DNA of 64,000 bases from the IMG/VR virus record IMGVR_UViG_3300014208_000023, positions 128,001-192,000 of that record; one strand, written 5' to 3'. Both the position numbers and the translations under genes were made by a program. Shown in pieces: positions 1 to 9,360 of this stretch (within the stretch, counting starts at the first letter, position 1; each line of letters starts with the position of its first letter). The DNA comes from a virus (taxonomy: Duplodnaviria > Caudoviricetes). The notes beneath the pieces were generated by a model. That model had not been told where the DNA came from, searched no databases, and was given only the letters and a program-made list of their open reading frames with translations.

Positions 1-678
1 AAACTTTTCGACTGTTTGACTACTAGTGATAGGAATGGCAAAACTGTCATTACCTGACTTAATGGAGAGGGCATTATAGATGACCGTTTGTCCATCAGCG
101 GTATGCGCAATAGTATTATCGATTTTATACTGTCTCGGTAATATATTATATCCCCAAGGCTTGTTGTCTGCGGTTCCTGCATTAAATTGCACATCTCCGA
201 TTGGAACTTGAATTTTATCAAAGTTTTCGGATAACTTAAGAGTTTGAATTGTTGAAAAAAAGTTGTTTGGATCTTTAATGCAATCCACCTCCTTACCATT
301 ACATATGATTTTTGGAACTGGAGTAACCGTAGTTAGCGTAACCACTACGGTAGATGGAATGTTAGTTACGATCTGCCCCTTAGAATTGGCAACAACAACA
401 TTAATTGCTGAAATTTGACCACCCAATGTATTTAGGTTTTTTTGGATCTCATCAAGGCTTACTTGATTTTGTTTAACGAAATCCTCAAATCCTTTTTGAT
501 TAACGTATTGTGATTGCGAACGAACAATATCGTCCTTGAGGCGTTGCATCTCAATTACGGAATTTTGAATTTGTAGGGCCTGCTTGTTGAACATATATTG
601 CTGGTAGGCAATAAATCCTCCAGCAGAAACCACAAGAACACCAATAATGATTAATAGTATTTTATTCAGCGTCGTCAT
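1..678 (-). CDS. Membrane-anchored hypothetical protein, truncated by the window edge (not in ORF track)
   Basis: Manual translation from ATG at 678 gives MTTLNKILLIIIGVLVVSAGGFIAYQQYMFNKQALQIQNSVIEMQRLKDD..., open to base 1. It has one N-terminal hydrophobic helix followed by a coiled-coil-like stretch and overlaps the stop of the upstream gene. Confidence 0.75.
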   Translation of the reverse strand, partial: MTTLNKILLIIIGVLVVSAGGFIAYQQYMFNKQALQIQNSVIEMQRLKDDIVRSQSQYVNQKGFEDFVKQNQVSLDEIQKNLNTLGGQISAINVVVANSKGQIVTNIPSTVVVTLTTVTPVPKIICNGKEVDCIKDPNNFFSTIQTLKLSENFDKIQVPIGDVQFNAGTADNKPWGYNILPRQYKIDNTIAHTADGQTVIYNALSIKSGNDSFAIPITSSQTVEKF

Positions 679-865
679 TTCTTTTATCCTGCTTTAGCAT
701 TTGTCGCATTACCCCATAAACGCATTCACGGCTACATAATTCATATTTTATGTCATTTTGGACAAATTTAAAATCAGCTTTATAAAGAAACTGTTTAGCC
801 GGTTTGTCCATCCATTGAGGAGATTCTCCACAATAATCACATAGTAGCGTTATTCTGGTTGCCAT
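662..865 (-). CDS. Small hypothetical protein with zinc-ribbon-like cysteines
   Basis: CDYC and CSREC motifs. ATG at 865 is preferred over the track GTG at 880 because GGAGGA precedes it and it overlaps the GT2 stop (TAATG). Confidence 0.65.
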   Translation of the reverse strand: MATRITLLCDYCGESPQWMDKPAKQFLYKADFKFVQNDIKYELCSRECVYGVMRQMLKQDKRNDDAE

Positions 866-1575
866 TATTTCTTCCTCCACACTTCAAGAAATACTTTTTT
901 GGATTGACCATATAGTTTAGCCGTATTAATTTGCTTGCTAGTAATCTTTCCAAAATGACTAACTGAATTATTAGGAATAAGTGATAATGGTAGTCCCATC
1001 TCGGATGCCTTAAAGCTTAAATGAGTATCTTCAAAATAAGCAAAATATAGTTTGCTATTGAATGGCCCCTCATTACCTTCTTCAATTAACTTATCAAAAG
1101 TTTTCTTTGTGGCCGTAAGCATCCAGCCGCTTAAGTAGTTGAACTTCTTCTCTCCATCAGTTTCATAGCAAAACTGAAACTCCCGTTTTGGATCTACAAA
1201 TCCGCCAGTTGGAGACATTATTTGATTTGGATTTTCCTGTAACGCATTTAGATATACATCAGTCCATATTGAAAGGTTAGCATAAACCTTAATATCATTA
1301 TTCAAAAACATAACGGCATCATGCTTGGCAATTGCGTAGCCACGATTACAAGCCGCGCCAAACCCAGTATTTTCGTTATTCCGAATATACACTAGATTAG
1401 GCATCTTTTTGACAAGCTGTGTCATCCCTTCTACGGTGCCATCGGTACTAGCATTATCTACGACGATGATCTCATGCAGATCAGCATCTAGGAAGGCTAG
1501 GTCCTTTAAGCAGGCATTAGTAAAGTTCCATCTATTATAGACCGGAATGACAATCGAAAGTTTATTTTGCTTCAT
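865..1575 (-). CDS. Glycosyltransferase family 2 (GT-A fold)
   Basis: SIVIPVYN, IIVVDNASTDGT, NTGFGAACNRG, VMFLNND (DxD-like) and FAYFEDTHLS motifs. Likely start is ATG 1575; the track extends to TTG 1629. Confidence 0.92.
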   Translation of the reverse strand: MKQNKLSIVIPVYNRWNFTNACLKDLAFLDADLHEIIVVDNASTDGTVEGMTQLVKKMPNLVYIRNNENTGFGAACNRGYAIAKHDAVMFLNNDIKVYANLSIWTDVYLNALQENPNQIMSPTGGFVDPKREFQFCYETDGEKKFNYLSGWMLTATKKTFDKLIEEGNEGPFNSKLYFAYFEDTHLSFKASEMGLPLSLIPNNSVSHFGKITSKQINTAKLYGQSKKVFLEVWRKK

Positions 1576-1902
1576 CTCGGTATTTCTTACGAGCATAAAA
1601 TTTCTTCTCGACAACTTTCTGTAACCCAAAAAGATTTAGTAGTAGTAACACATAGTAAGTAATACTAATCAAATAATAGATCAAGAATAGTATGCAGGGA
1701 TAATATAGAGCGGAGCGGCTATGTTGGCTGGGATATGATATTAAGATAGTTTATGTCTTTATAGTGGCCTAGGTTCTATAGTCGTCTTGCTATGATATAT
1801 AGTAGTAGTTGTAGGGCCGCCATCCGTTATCCTATGATCTTTTTAGTTGTCGAGAACTCTTCCGTCGCAGCACATATAGTTTCTGCATAGGAGCCGAAAT
1901 CG

Positions 1903-2247
1903 ATGGATAACGTGAGTTTATTAAAGTTTAAGTATTTGATGGCAGAATACAAATCAAGCCATGATCCTAAATTTGCAGTAGATATTTGTGAGATGTTTGT
2001 AAATGGAACATTACAAGCAAAAGGAACTACGAAAGATGGTAAGATATTATTTATTGTTTCTTCTAAATACAGAAGTAAATGTTCTAAATGTGGAGATCAT
2101 TATGAATATGGGGATTCTATATTTGTAAGAGATCAAAAGGCTTGGCATTTAAAATGTGCCAGTAATGATGACCTTGAACATACATATTTTAAAGATTGCC
2201 TTGAAAAAGGTTTAGTGGATGATTTTGAAAGGAATATTAAGCAATGA
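1903..2247 (+). CDS. Hypothetical protein with possible Zn-binding motif
   Basis: AGGAG upstream of ATG; CSKC...HLKC; coupled to the next ORF (ATGA overlap). Confidence 0.7.
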   Translation: MDNVSLLKFKYLMAEYKSSHDPKFAVDICEMFVNGTLQAKGTTKDGKILFIVSSKYRSKCSKCGDHYEYGDSIFVRDQKAWHLKCASNDDLEHTYFKDCLEKGLVDDFERNIKQ

Positions 2248-2522
2248 AACAAGCTAGAGGAAAATTAGAAGTATTTATGCAACATATGGTTGTAAAATAT
2301 GATGGGATGATAACTGAGGATGGTGATAGAATTTCAATTTTTGATGAAAAAACAGAACAGGCTCATAGTTATCCAAGTCAGTGGTGTCATATTATTTGGG
2401 ATAAGATTATAGTTCCAAAAAAAATAGAAACAAGATCGTGCATACAAATTGGTTGTTACAAAGATTCTAACCTATTAACAGAATACTGTTCAAGTCACTC
2501 GTTATATGGAAGCAGATACTAA
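2244..2522 (+). CDS. Hypothetical protein
   Basis: ATGA overlap with previous ORF; 92 aa; Cys/His-rich C-terminus. Confidence 0.6.
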   Translation: MKQARGKLEVFMQHMVVKYDGMITEDGDRISIFDEKTEQAHSYPSQWCHIIWDKIIVPKKIETRSCIQIGCYKDSNLLTEYCSSHSLYGSRY

Positions 2523-2542
2523 ATTTTAGGAGATAAAAAAGA

Positions 2543-4954
2543 ATGATGAAGAATATTAGGATATTAATTTTATTTTGCATTGCAGTATTTGCGATGCCAT
2601 TAGCAGCACTAACATCATGCGCTACTACAGCTGACATTGCTCATCCGTATCGCGGAACCAACGTAGCAGGAGGGGACCTAGTATGGGGTCAGGCAAACTT
2701 TCAAAGTCCAGTTGCAAATACCGATTATTTATTTGTATCAAATCAGGACATTGATTATTTAGTTTCCAAAAAGGTTGGTTTCATACGCCTATTAATCTCA
2801 TGGGAAGCATTACAGCCAACTCTAAATGGCCCGCTAGCAGTTAATTCTTATTCGCAAGATTTAGACTCTAGAATAGCATACGCCACCAGTAAAGGTCTTA
2901 ATGTTTTAATTGAGCCTCACGGTGGTGATGGAACAAACTTCGCAAGATATAAGGGAGAGCTGATTGGAAGCACGGCCGTACCAAATTCATCTTTCGCTGA
3001 TTTTTGGACGAAGATGGCCAGTAAGTATAAGTCCAACCCAAAAGTTCTTTACGGACTCTCAAATGAACCGCACGACATGAGTACGGTTCAGTGGTTTTCG
3101 GCAGCTCAAGCCGCCATAACTGGAATTAGATCAACTGGCTCTATGCAAATGATCTTCGTTCCTGGAAATGGTTGGAGTGGATCAAGCACTTGGACTAACC
3201 CAAACGTAGATACTGCAACTGTTAAAGTGGCAAACTCAACTGCATTCTTAACTCTAAAAGATCCTGCAAACAATTTAGTTGCAAGCATTCATATGTATCT
3301 CGATTCTAATGGTGGAGGGGGAACTACAGGTATAGTGAGCGCAACTATTGGAGTTGAAAGGCTAACTGCCGCTGTTAATTGGGCAAAGGCGAATAGTGTC
3401 AGACTTCACTTGAGTGAAATTGCCGGTAGTCAAGCCAATCCGCTAGCTTCGACTGCCATAAAGAATCTTTTTGATTATATTCAGGCAAATAATACAACCG
3501 TAATTGGTTGGTCATGGTGGGCTTATGGTCCTCCAAGTTGGTGGGGAGGCTATATGTTTACGTTATGTCCTACCAGTAATTATACGGTTGATAATGCTAA
3601 AATGGCATGGCTCGCTCCATACCTAGTTCAGCTATCAACGGTAGGGCCGCCTACTCCAGTTCCAGCTACAGATTCTGGAACCATTGCTGATTCTAGTGTT
3701 CCACCGTCAGTTGTTGATGCTGCTACTGGATCATCAACCAAGCCAACTGCTCCAATAGCATTTACTAAAAATGCGATATTCACTACTAACAGTGGGCAAA
3801 CAAACTGGGTTTATGTTCCAAACAGTTATGATAATACGCACAATACTCCAACGAAACTTTTCGTTTGGCTACATGGATGCGGAGGCCAAAGCCGGTATGA
3901 CATATCTATGGTTTCTTATATGCCAAACCAGGACTGGATAAGTCTTGCTCCTGGTGGACGAGAGACTACTTGTTGGTCTGGCGGACTATCAGTTGATGGG
4001 CCAAAGATATTGGCCTCAATTGCTGATTTGAAAACACATTTCAATATCGATCCAACTCGTATAGTGCTTGGTGGATACTCTTCAGGAGGAGATGTTGGTT
4101 ATCCACTAATATTCTCTAATTCAAATATGTTTGCCGGAGGATTATTCGAAAATACTTCTCCAAAAAGCTATGGCGGAATGACTCTTGCTGCAACTGCCAC
4201 TAACAAGTTCCACCTAGCTCACCTAGCTCATACAAGCGACAATACTGATAATGGAAACTATTCACCAGCAACAGTAAGGTCTAACTATGTAACGCTAGCT
4301 GGATATGGCTTCAAGACTGAGCCAGTAATTGAAAAGCCAGGAACACATTGGGACTCTGACACGGCAACTTCTGGAACCGCTTATGACCTTCGCACATTCC
4401 TGCTTCCATTCCTAAATGTTGGTTGGACCAATGGAACTGCTATGGTAGATGCTGGAACGGTAGATGCAGCACCTCCACCACCAGCGGCATGTACTTATAC
4501 ATATTCTGCGTGGGGAGCATGTCAATCATCAGGAACGCAGACTAGAACTGTAACCGGGTCATCTCCGGTGCCATGTACTGCTATGGCCCAAACATTAAGT
4601 CAGTCATGCACCTATGTACCGCCAGTAGTTGATGCCGGAACGACTCTTCTAACTTTCTATGCAAGAAGAGTGGTTTATAATCAAGGAACAACATATACTT
4701 GTATGTATTTCTATGTTAAAAATACGTCAGCAACTAGCACTAATTGGACACTAATGTATGTTAATTCTTATGATTCAAAACTTACAAGCTGGTGGTCAAT
4801 GAAAACTGGTCAAGTAGTTGGATCATATGGATCTATAAAGTTTGCGCCAGTAGATGTAATATCCATTCCTGCCAAGACTGAATTGAAAGTTGGAGGAGCT
4901 TGCTTTGATTTTGGCCCCCTAAAACGAGTTCCGATCGTATCGGGAGTCAAGTAA
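2543..4954 (+). CDS. Multidomain lipoprotein: GH5 endoglucanase (subfamily 5-like) + alpha/beta-hydrolase esterase + TSP1-like repeat + possible CBM2-like domain
   Basis: AGGAG RBS and a signal peptide ending in lipobox LTSC. GH5 motifs FIRLLISWEALQP, LIEPH, GLSNEPH (acid/base), IHMYLD, LHLSEIAG (nucleophile) and GWSWWAYG. Esterase motifs WLHGCGG and GYSSG. CTYTYSAWGACQSSGTQTRTV is TSP1-like; the C-terminus is an aromatic-rich beta domain. Confidence 0.88.
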   Translation: MMKNIRILILFCIAVFAMPLAALTSCATTADIAHPYRGTNVAGGDLVWGQANFQSPVANTDYLFVSNQDIDYLVSKKVGFIRLLISWEALQPTLNGPLAVNSYSQDLDSRIAYATSKGLNVLIEPHGGDGTNFARYKGELIGSTAVPNSSFADFWTKMASKYKSNPKVLYGLSNEPHDMSTVQWFSAAQAAITGIRSTGSMQMIFVPGNGWSGSSTWTNPNVDTATVKVANSTAFLTLKDPANNLVASIHMYLDSNGGGGTTGIVSATIGVERLTAAVNWAKANSVRLHLSEIAGSQANPLASTAIKNLFDYIQANNTTVIGWSWWAYGPPSWWGGYMFTLCPTSNYTVDNAKMAWLAPYLVQLSTVGPPTPVPATDSGTIADSSVPPSVVDAATGSSTKPTAPIAFTKNAIFTTNSGQTNWVYVPNSYDNTHNTPTKLFVWLHGCGGQSRYDISMVSYMPNQDWISLAPGGRETTCWSGGLSVDGPKILASIADLKTHFNIDPTRIVLGGYSSGGDVGYPLIFSNSNMFAGGLFENTSPKSYGGMTLAATATNKFHLAHLAHTSDNTDNGNYSPATVRSNYVTLAGYGFKTEPVIEKPGTHWDSDTATSGTAYDLRTFLLPFLNVGWTNGTAMVDAGTVDAAPPPPAACTYTYSAWGACQSSGTQTRTVTGSSPVPCTAMAQTLSQSCTYVPPVVDAGTTLLTFYARRVVYNQGTTYTCMYFYVKNTSATSTNWTLMYVNSYDSKLTSWWSMKTGQVVGSYGSIKFAPVDVISIPAKTELKVGGACFDFGPLKRVPIVSGVK

Positions 4955-5018
4955 ATCAGTGACTGCTTTCCGCTCGTGACGGCGCGGGTTTCATAATAAA
5001 CGTAAAGAATCTGTCCCT

Positions 5019-5050
5019 AGGAGCCCTATCTAATAACTGATAGGGCTCCT
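5019..5050. terminator. Intrinsic terminator, likely bidirectional, between convergent genes
   Basis: Perfect 12-bp stem aggagccctatc/gatagggctcct with 8-nt loop, followed by ttgtttatttt on the plus strand. Confidence 0.85.
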
Positions 5051-5054
5051 TTGT

Positions 5055-6164
5055 TTATTTTACTAGCGCTAATACTTTTTTAGCGACCTCAAGCCAATCA
5101 TAGTTTAGCTTAATTGCCGTAGGGCTAAATGATCTGCTATTAACGCTAGCTACCGCTGCCTTTAATTTATTTATTCCATCAGATGGGTCAGGCATAAATG
5201 CTTTTGTTCCAGGCTTACTTTGATAATATAAATAATTTGGAGGAACATTAAACTCTTTGCCTTCAATTAGAAAAGCGTTTGAATGATCTAGAAAATCAGT
5301 AAAGCCGCCGTAGTTAGACGCTACCGGAATTAATCCACAAGCCATTCCTTCTAGCGGAACCATTCCGAATCCCTCGCAATGGCTAGGTGAAAACGTTATA
5401 TCACAAGCTTTATATAGAGAATATATATTTGGTATAAACTCTTTAACAATTTCTACTTCTGCATGATTAGGAAATTTGCTATTAAAGTTTTGAAATACAT
5501 CTTTAAAAGACAACTCAAATTGTTGAGTAGGCGTCCTATCTTGTATCTTTAATACTAAACAAACATCTGATTCTTTAGTGAAAGCTCTGCCGAACATCTC
5601 CAGCGCACCAGTGAAGTTTTTCCTTCTATGAATCTGGCCAAGGTTAATAAGTATCTTAACCGACTTCTTGGTTTTTAGCTGGTATGGAACGGCCGCATCT
5701 ATTTCCTTGTTATTGATGCCGTGCGGAATGACTACGACCTTATCATCAGGGACTCCACTTTCTAGGAATACCTGGCGAGCAAAATTAGATGGCGCCAGTA
5801 TCTTATCGCAGTATTGGTGCGCCTTGGCAAAACCTACTGGCAATGAGTTTTTACCAGCAAACTCATAGCAGTATATTCCAAATCTATTCTTGGCGCTATG
5901 CTGAAGGTATGGATTGAAATTTTTCATAGCGGTATATGATATTGTCATATCATAATTATTGCCTGGGATATTGCCAAACATAACTTTATTATTATCTCCA
6001 TAACATACTAGATTTTTTTCTAGGTCTTGTGGAAAATACTTGTTACCATTAGTAGAAAAAATATCTACTGAATGATTCAGATCTATTAGGCTACGACATA
6101 TGTTTTGAGCAACAATTGCCCAAGAATGATTTTGGGCAGCAAATCCTTGATAGCAAATACGCAT
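5055..6164 (-). CDS. Glycosyltransferase family 4 (GT-B fold)
   Basis: ILAPSNFARQVF, VVVIPHGIN, and SPSHCEGFGMVPLEGMACG...VASNYGGFTDFL (EX7E motif). Confidence 0.92.
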   Translation of the reverse strand: MRICYQGFAAQNHSWAIVAQNICRSLIDLNHSVDIFSTNGNKYFPQDLEKNLVCYGDNNKVMFGNIPGNNYDMTISYTAMKNFNPYLQHSAKNRFGIYCYEFAGKNSLPVGFAKAHQYCDKILAPSNFARQVFLESGVPDDKVVVIPHGINNKEIDAAVPYQLKTKKSVKILINLGQIHRRKNFTGALEMFGRAFTKESDVCLVLKIQDRTPTQQFELSFKDVFQNFNSKFPNHAEVEIVKEFIPNIYSLYKACDITFSPSHCEGFGMVPLEGMACGLIPVASNYGGFTDFLDHSNAFLIEGKEFNVPPNYLYYQSKPGTKAFMPDPSDGINKLKAAVASVNSRSFSPTAIKLNYDWLEVAKKVLALVK

Positions 6165-6184
6165 ACTTGCTATATAGCTAGCCT

Positions 6185-9100
6185 TTATAGGCCTAGAAGA
6201 TTTATTGTCTTATTATCATCAATTACTATTGGTGCATTATTCCATCCAGCTTTTTTAAGATAGACGGTAATTTGCACCTTCGTATTTTGAGTTTGCTCAA
6301 CGGCATCTTGATATAGATTGCTGAACTTAAGCGAAAGAAGGCCAGTGTTATAATTTACGCTAACACCAATTCTATTATCAACTATAACTCCAGTATATCC
6401 GTCAGTAGTTATGCCATTCAATTGTGGGGAGAATGATAGAACTCCAACAGACACTCTAATCTGATTATTTGTAAAGCCAGATAGCGATACTAAACTATTA
6501 TCAGCAAATCTCATGGCTTTATAGCCTATTCTTGTATAGCCAGTTCCAGCATAATCCGCAATAAAGTCAGTTAATAGATTAACTACTTTCTCACTACCGA
6601 AAATCTCAACTGCTGGTATCTCGAAAGATACTGTTCCCATTTCAAAATCAACCTTGAAATATCCACCAGTAGGCGTAGTTATCTGGCCTCCAACATTCAT
6701 TACCAAATTACTTGGTATGAACATATCATTGCGACCAGGATCGAATGCTGGTGTTTCTGGGAAAGTTTGAGTAACGTTTAGATTTGTTGTGCTTGGATTT
6801 ACCAAATATCCAGTAGCAGTATTGAATGCTGCTGGAACCATTTTTGGATTAGAATTAACGACTATGTTATGCTCTTTCCAGCTTAACTGCTTAATGATAC
6901 TGAAGTTAATTGGAGTAACCTTAATATTTTGACCGGACCAGCTGGCATAACCATCAATAAATACATCTGGTTTGGCGTGTAGCGTAGTTGATCGATTAGC
7001 ATCTACTCCAGGATAGTCGTCGGCCCTATCAACATATTTTTCAACCGTTAATTTTACAGCAGTAAATGTCGTACCAATCTTATTAGCAGGACTTGTTGTT
7101 GCTGGGAATGGAGGTAACAAATTAATATAGTTAGTTATGTATGTTACATCGGTGCTAGAGACGGTCATATCTCCATCGATATCTGCCCTTAATACTTTTA
7201 AGAATAAATCAGAAGTATATTCGAGTTTAACTATAGTTACGTTTGTATTACTAAGTAAATTAGTTATTCTAAATGAGCTATTGTTATATAAGCTAGTTGT
7301 TGAATTGAGTATATTGACTTTATGTGTGTCTAGGTTTATAACGCTAGAAAAGTTTGCCGATATACTAGAGAAACTAGCGGATGTTCCATTAGCAACAAGA
7401 ACTCCATCAATTCCGCTTTGAACAACTACACTATTGACATCTAGTAATTGCCATGACAAAGCCGAATCAGTTACGAAATCAGTAGTATGAACTAGATATT
7501 CAGATGTAGTTGGAAGGGTATTTAGTTGTGTTCCAAGTAACTCCTGTGACGCTAGAAGATCATCGGTATCAATTATTCCATCACCGTTTATGTCTCCATA
7601 CATAAGCGTATGAAGCTCAGCCTTTACTATTCTGTAGTATATAGATGGCGTAAGCGTGTTAGGTATTATTTTTGCCTGATTTAATTTGCCCGAATCAAGA
7701 TCTGCTAATAGCGTAATTAGATTTTGGTCGTATCTATAACCATCAGAATAGCCATCTATAATTTTAAATACTATTTCATTTCCAACCATTCCATAATGAT
7801 GGAATGCCGCGTTAGAAATTTGACCAGCAATAGAAGATGATTTAATATTCTGATCAGTAATTGTTCCAAGAAGTAATGGTTCAGACACTGCCTTAATGGA
7901 GTCAAGCGCAATAGTGTTTAGTAAAGATAATTCTGGTGTAAATTGTTTTTGAGAATTAATTGGATTGCCAGTTCTCTCATTTTGAATTGGCGCACTTTCA
8001 GTTATTGCGGCCTTCATTACAGCATAGTATAAATCATTTCTCAAGAAAGAGTTATTGCTAAAGCTATAATCAATTGTAGTTCCGGTATTGCTATCAATAG
8101 TTGTTTTTGGTATTTGTATTCCACTACCATTATCATAGGCTTGGCCATCAGAAACTTTTGCAATATCGGAATATGTTCTAAACCATAGAGCCTCTTCAGG
8201 CACATCTACCCATACACTACCATTAAATAGCGTTTCACGAGTATTTGTTTCAGCATTACTTCCTACCGCAACTTGCATTTCACATGTGTCGGCAGATCCG
8301 GCTCGTTTAACGGTTATTACGTAATAATGTCCAGATGTGATTAGTGATCCAGAACCGACTGGCGTATTACTAAAGATAAAATCAACTGGCTGAGGAACGG
8401 TATTTAATTGAATGCCGTTAGCAAGCATTGAGTTATAGTCAAGACTTATCTGCGCCAGTGGAATATTGGTTGGATCAAAATCAATGGCTAAATTAGGAAC
8501 AATATCAGTTGATGACTGAACTGTTGATTGTAATGCATAGATACTAACTATAAGATCTCCGGTCCAAACTAAATTAGATGGAACTGAATTATTTATCGTA
8601 GATAATAGTAAGCTTACTTTTTGAATATTGTTTGATGTAGATAGAAATTTCTGGCCAATCTGCGAGCTGACATCATTTTCAGCTATTCCTCGTAATTGCT
8701 TGTATCCGGTCTTAATGTTTAGAGCATCTATGTTATAGCTTGGTAGGGCCGTAGATAATAAATTAAATAGAGTTCCACCAGTGGCAACGAAAAAATCTCT
8801 GAACACTAGATTAGGCTCAATATCCTGAGAAATCATAATTGGGTCTCTAGAAAGAGACATGGGCATGGCCTCGCGGATAACTATTCTTCCGCCTAAATTA
8901 AATGATTGTAAGGATCCGCCAACAAAGTCATTGAGAAATATTGCTAAAATATTGCGATAGTGTTTTTTTGATATTTGCTTTTCATTTTTGGCAAAAACGA
9001 ATGTATCGTATTGTAGATTATTTTCAAAATCTAGGCCTATTACGATTATCTTAACTGTTTTATTGCCGGCGGCCAACGATCCCGTAAGTTCAATCTCTAA

Positions 9101-9355
9101 TTGATTTCCATTATTGCTATCCGAAGGCTGCGCTTGGGCGACTATAACTTTACCATCTAAAAGGTCACCAGATAGGCTTGTGTCAAATAAAACACCCTGA
9201 ACTAGATTTTCTGGAAGAACACCAGAACCTAAATGATTGCTTATAAAAGCAGAGTGCTGCTGCTCGTTATGGTTTTGCTCGACTGTGAGATTGGTATCAT
9301 CCACACTCTGTGCATCTGACCAAATATTCTGGGGTGTTGAAATGGGTATTCTCAT
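6185..9355 (-). CDS. Large virion structural protein (baseplate/fibre-associated) with dockerin/EF-hand-like motifs
   Basis: 1056 aa, beta-rich, last gene of the baseplate operon; GDINGDGIIDTDDL and ADIDGDMTVSSTDV; four DGY motifs. Confidence 0.65.
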   Translation of the reverse strand: MRIPISTPQNIWSDAQSVDDTNLTVEQNHNEQQHSAFISNHLGSGVLPENLVQGVLFDTSLSGDLLDGKVIVAQAQPSDSNNGNQLEIELTGSLAAGNKTVKIIVIGLDFENNLQYDTFVFAKNEKQISKKHYRNILAIFLNDFVGGSLQSFNLGGRIVIREAMPMSLSRDPIMISQDIEPNLVFRDFFVATGGTLFNLLSTALPSYNIDALNIKTGYKQLRGIAENDVSSQIGQKFLSTSNNIQKVSLLLSTINNSVPSNLVWTGDLIVSIYALQSTVQSSTDIVPNLAIDFDPTNIPLAQISLDYNSMLANGIQLNTVPQPVDFIFSNTPVGSGSLITSGHYYVITVKRAGSADTCEMQVAVGSNAETNTRETLFNGSVWVDVPEEALWFRTYSDIAKVSDGQAYDNGSGIQIPKTTIDSNTGTTIDYSFSNNSFLRNDLYYAVMKAAITESAPIQNERTGNPINSQKQFTPELSLLNTIALDSIKAVSEPLLLGTITDQNIKSSSIAGQISNAAFHHYGMVGNEIVFKIIDGYSDGYRYDQNLITLLADLDSGKLNQAKIIPNTLTPSIYYRIVKAELHTLMYGDINGDGIIDTDDLLASQELLGTQLNTLPTTSEYLVHTTDFVTDSALSWQLLDVNSVVVQSGIDGVLVANGTSASFSSISANFSSVINLDTHKVNILNSTTSLYNNSSFRITNLLSNTNVTIVKLEYTSDLFLKVLRADIDGDMTVSSTDVTYITNYINLLPPFPATTSPANKIGTTFTAVKLTVEKYVDRADDYPGVDANRSTTLHAKPDVFIDGYASWSGQNIKVTPINFSIIKQLSWKEHNIVVNSNPKMVPAAFNTATGYLVNPSTTNLNVTQTFPETPAFDPGRNDMFIPSNLVMNVGGQITTPTGGYFKVDFEMGTVSFEIPAVEIFGSEKVVNLLTDFIADYAGTGYTRIGYKAMRFADNSLVSLSGFTNNQIRVSVGVLSFSPQLNGITTDGYTGVIVDNRIGVSVNYNTGLLSLKFSNLYQDAVEQTQNTKVQITVYLKKAGWNNAPIVIDDNKTINLLGL

Positions 9356-9360
9356 ATGTC

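Noticed and set aside
1630-1900. TAG-rich divergent intergenic region as a replication origin or hidden ORF
   Set aside because: No iterons or DnaA boxes recognised, and the open frames lack start codons; treated as a divergent promoter region.
4955-5018. GC-rich 3' UTR after the cellulase (ccgctcgtgacggcgcgg) as a riboswitch or ribozyme
   Set aside because: Only fragmentary resemblance to ZTP or HDV-like cores; required elements are missing and the position is downstream of a gene.
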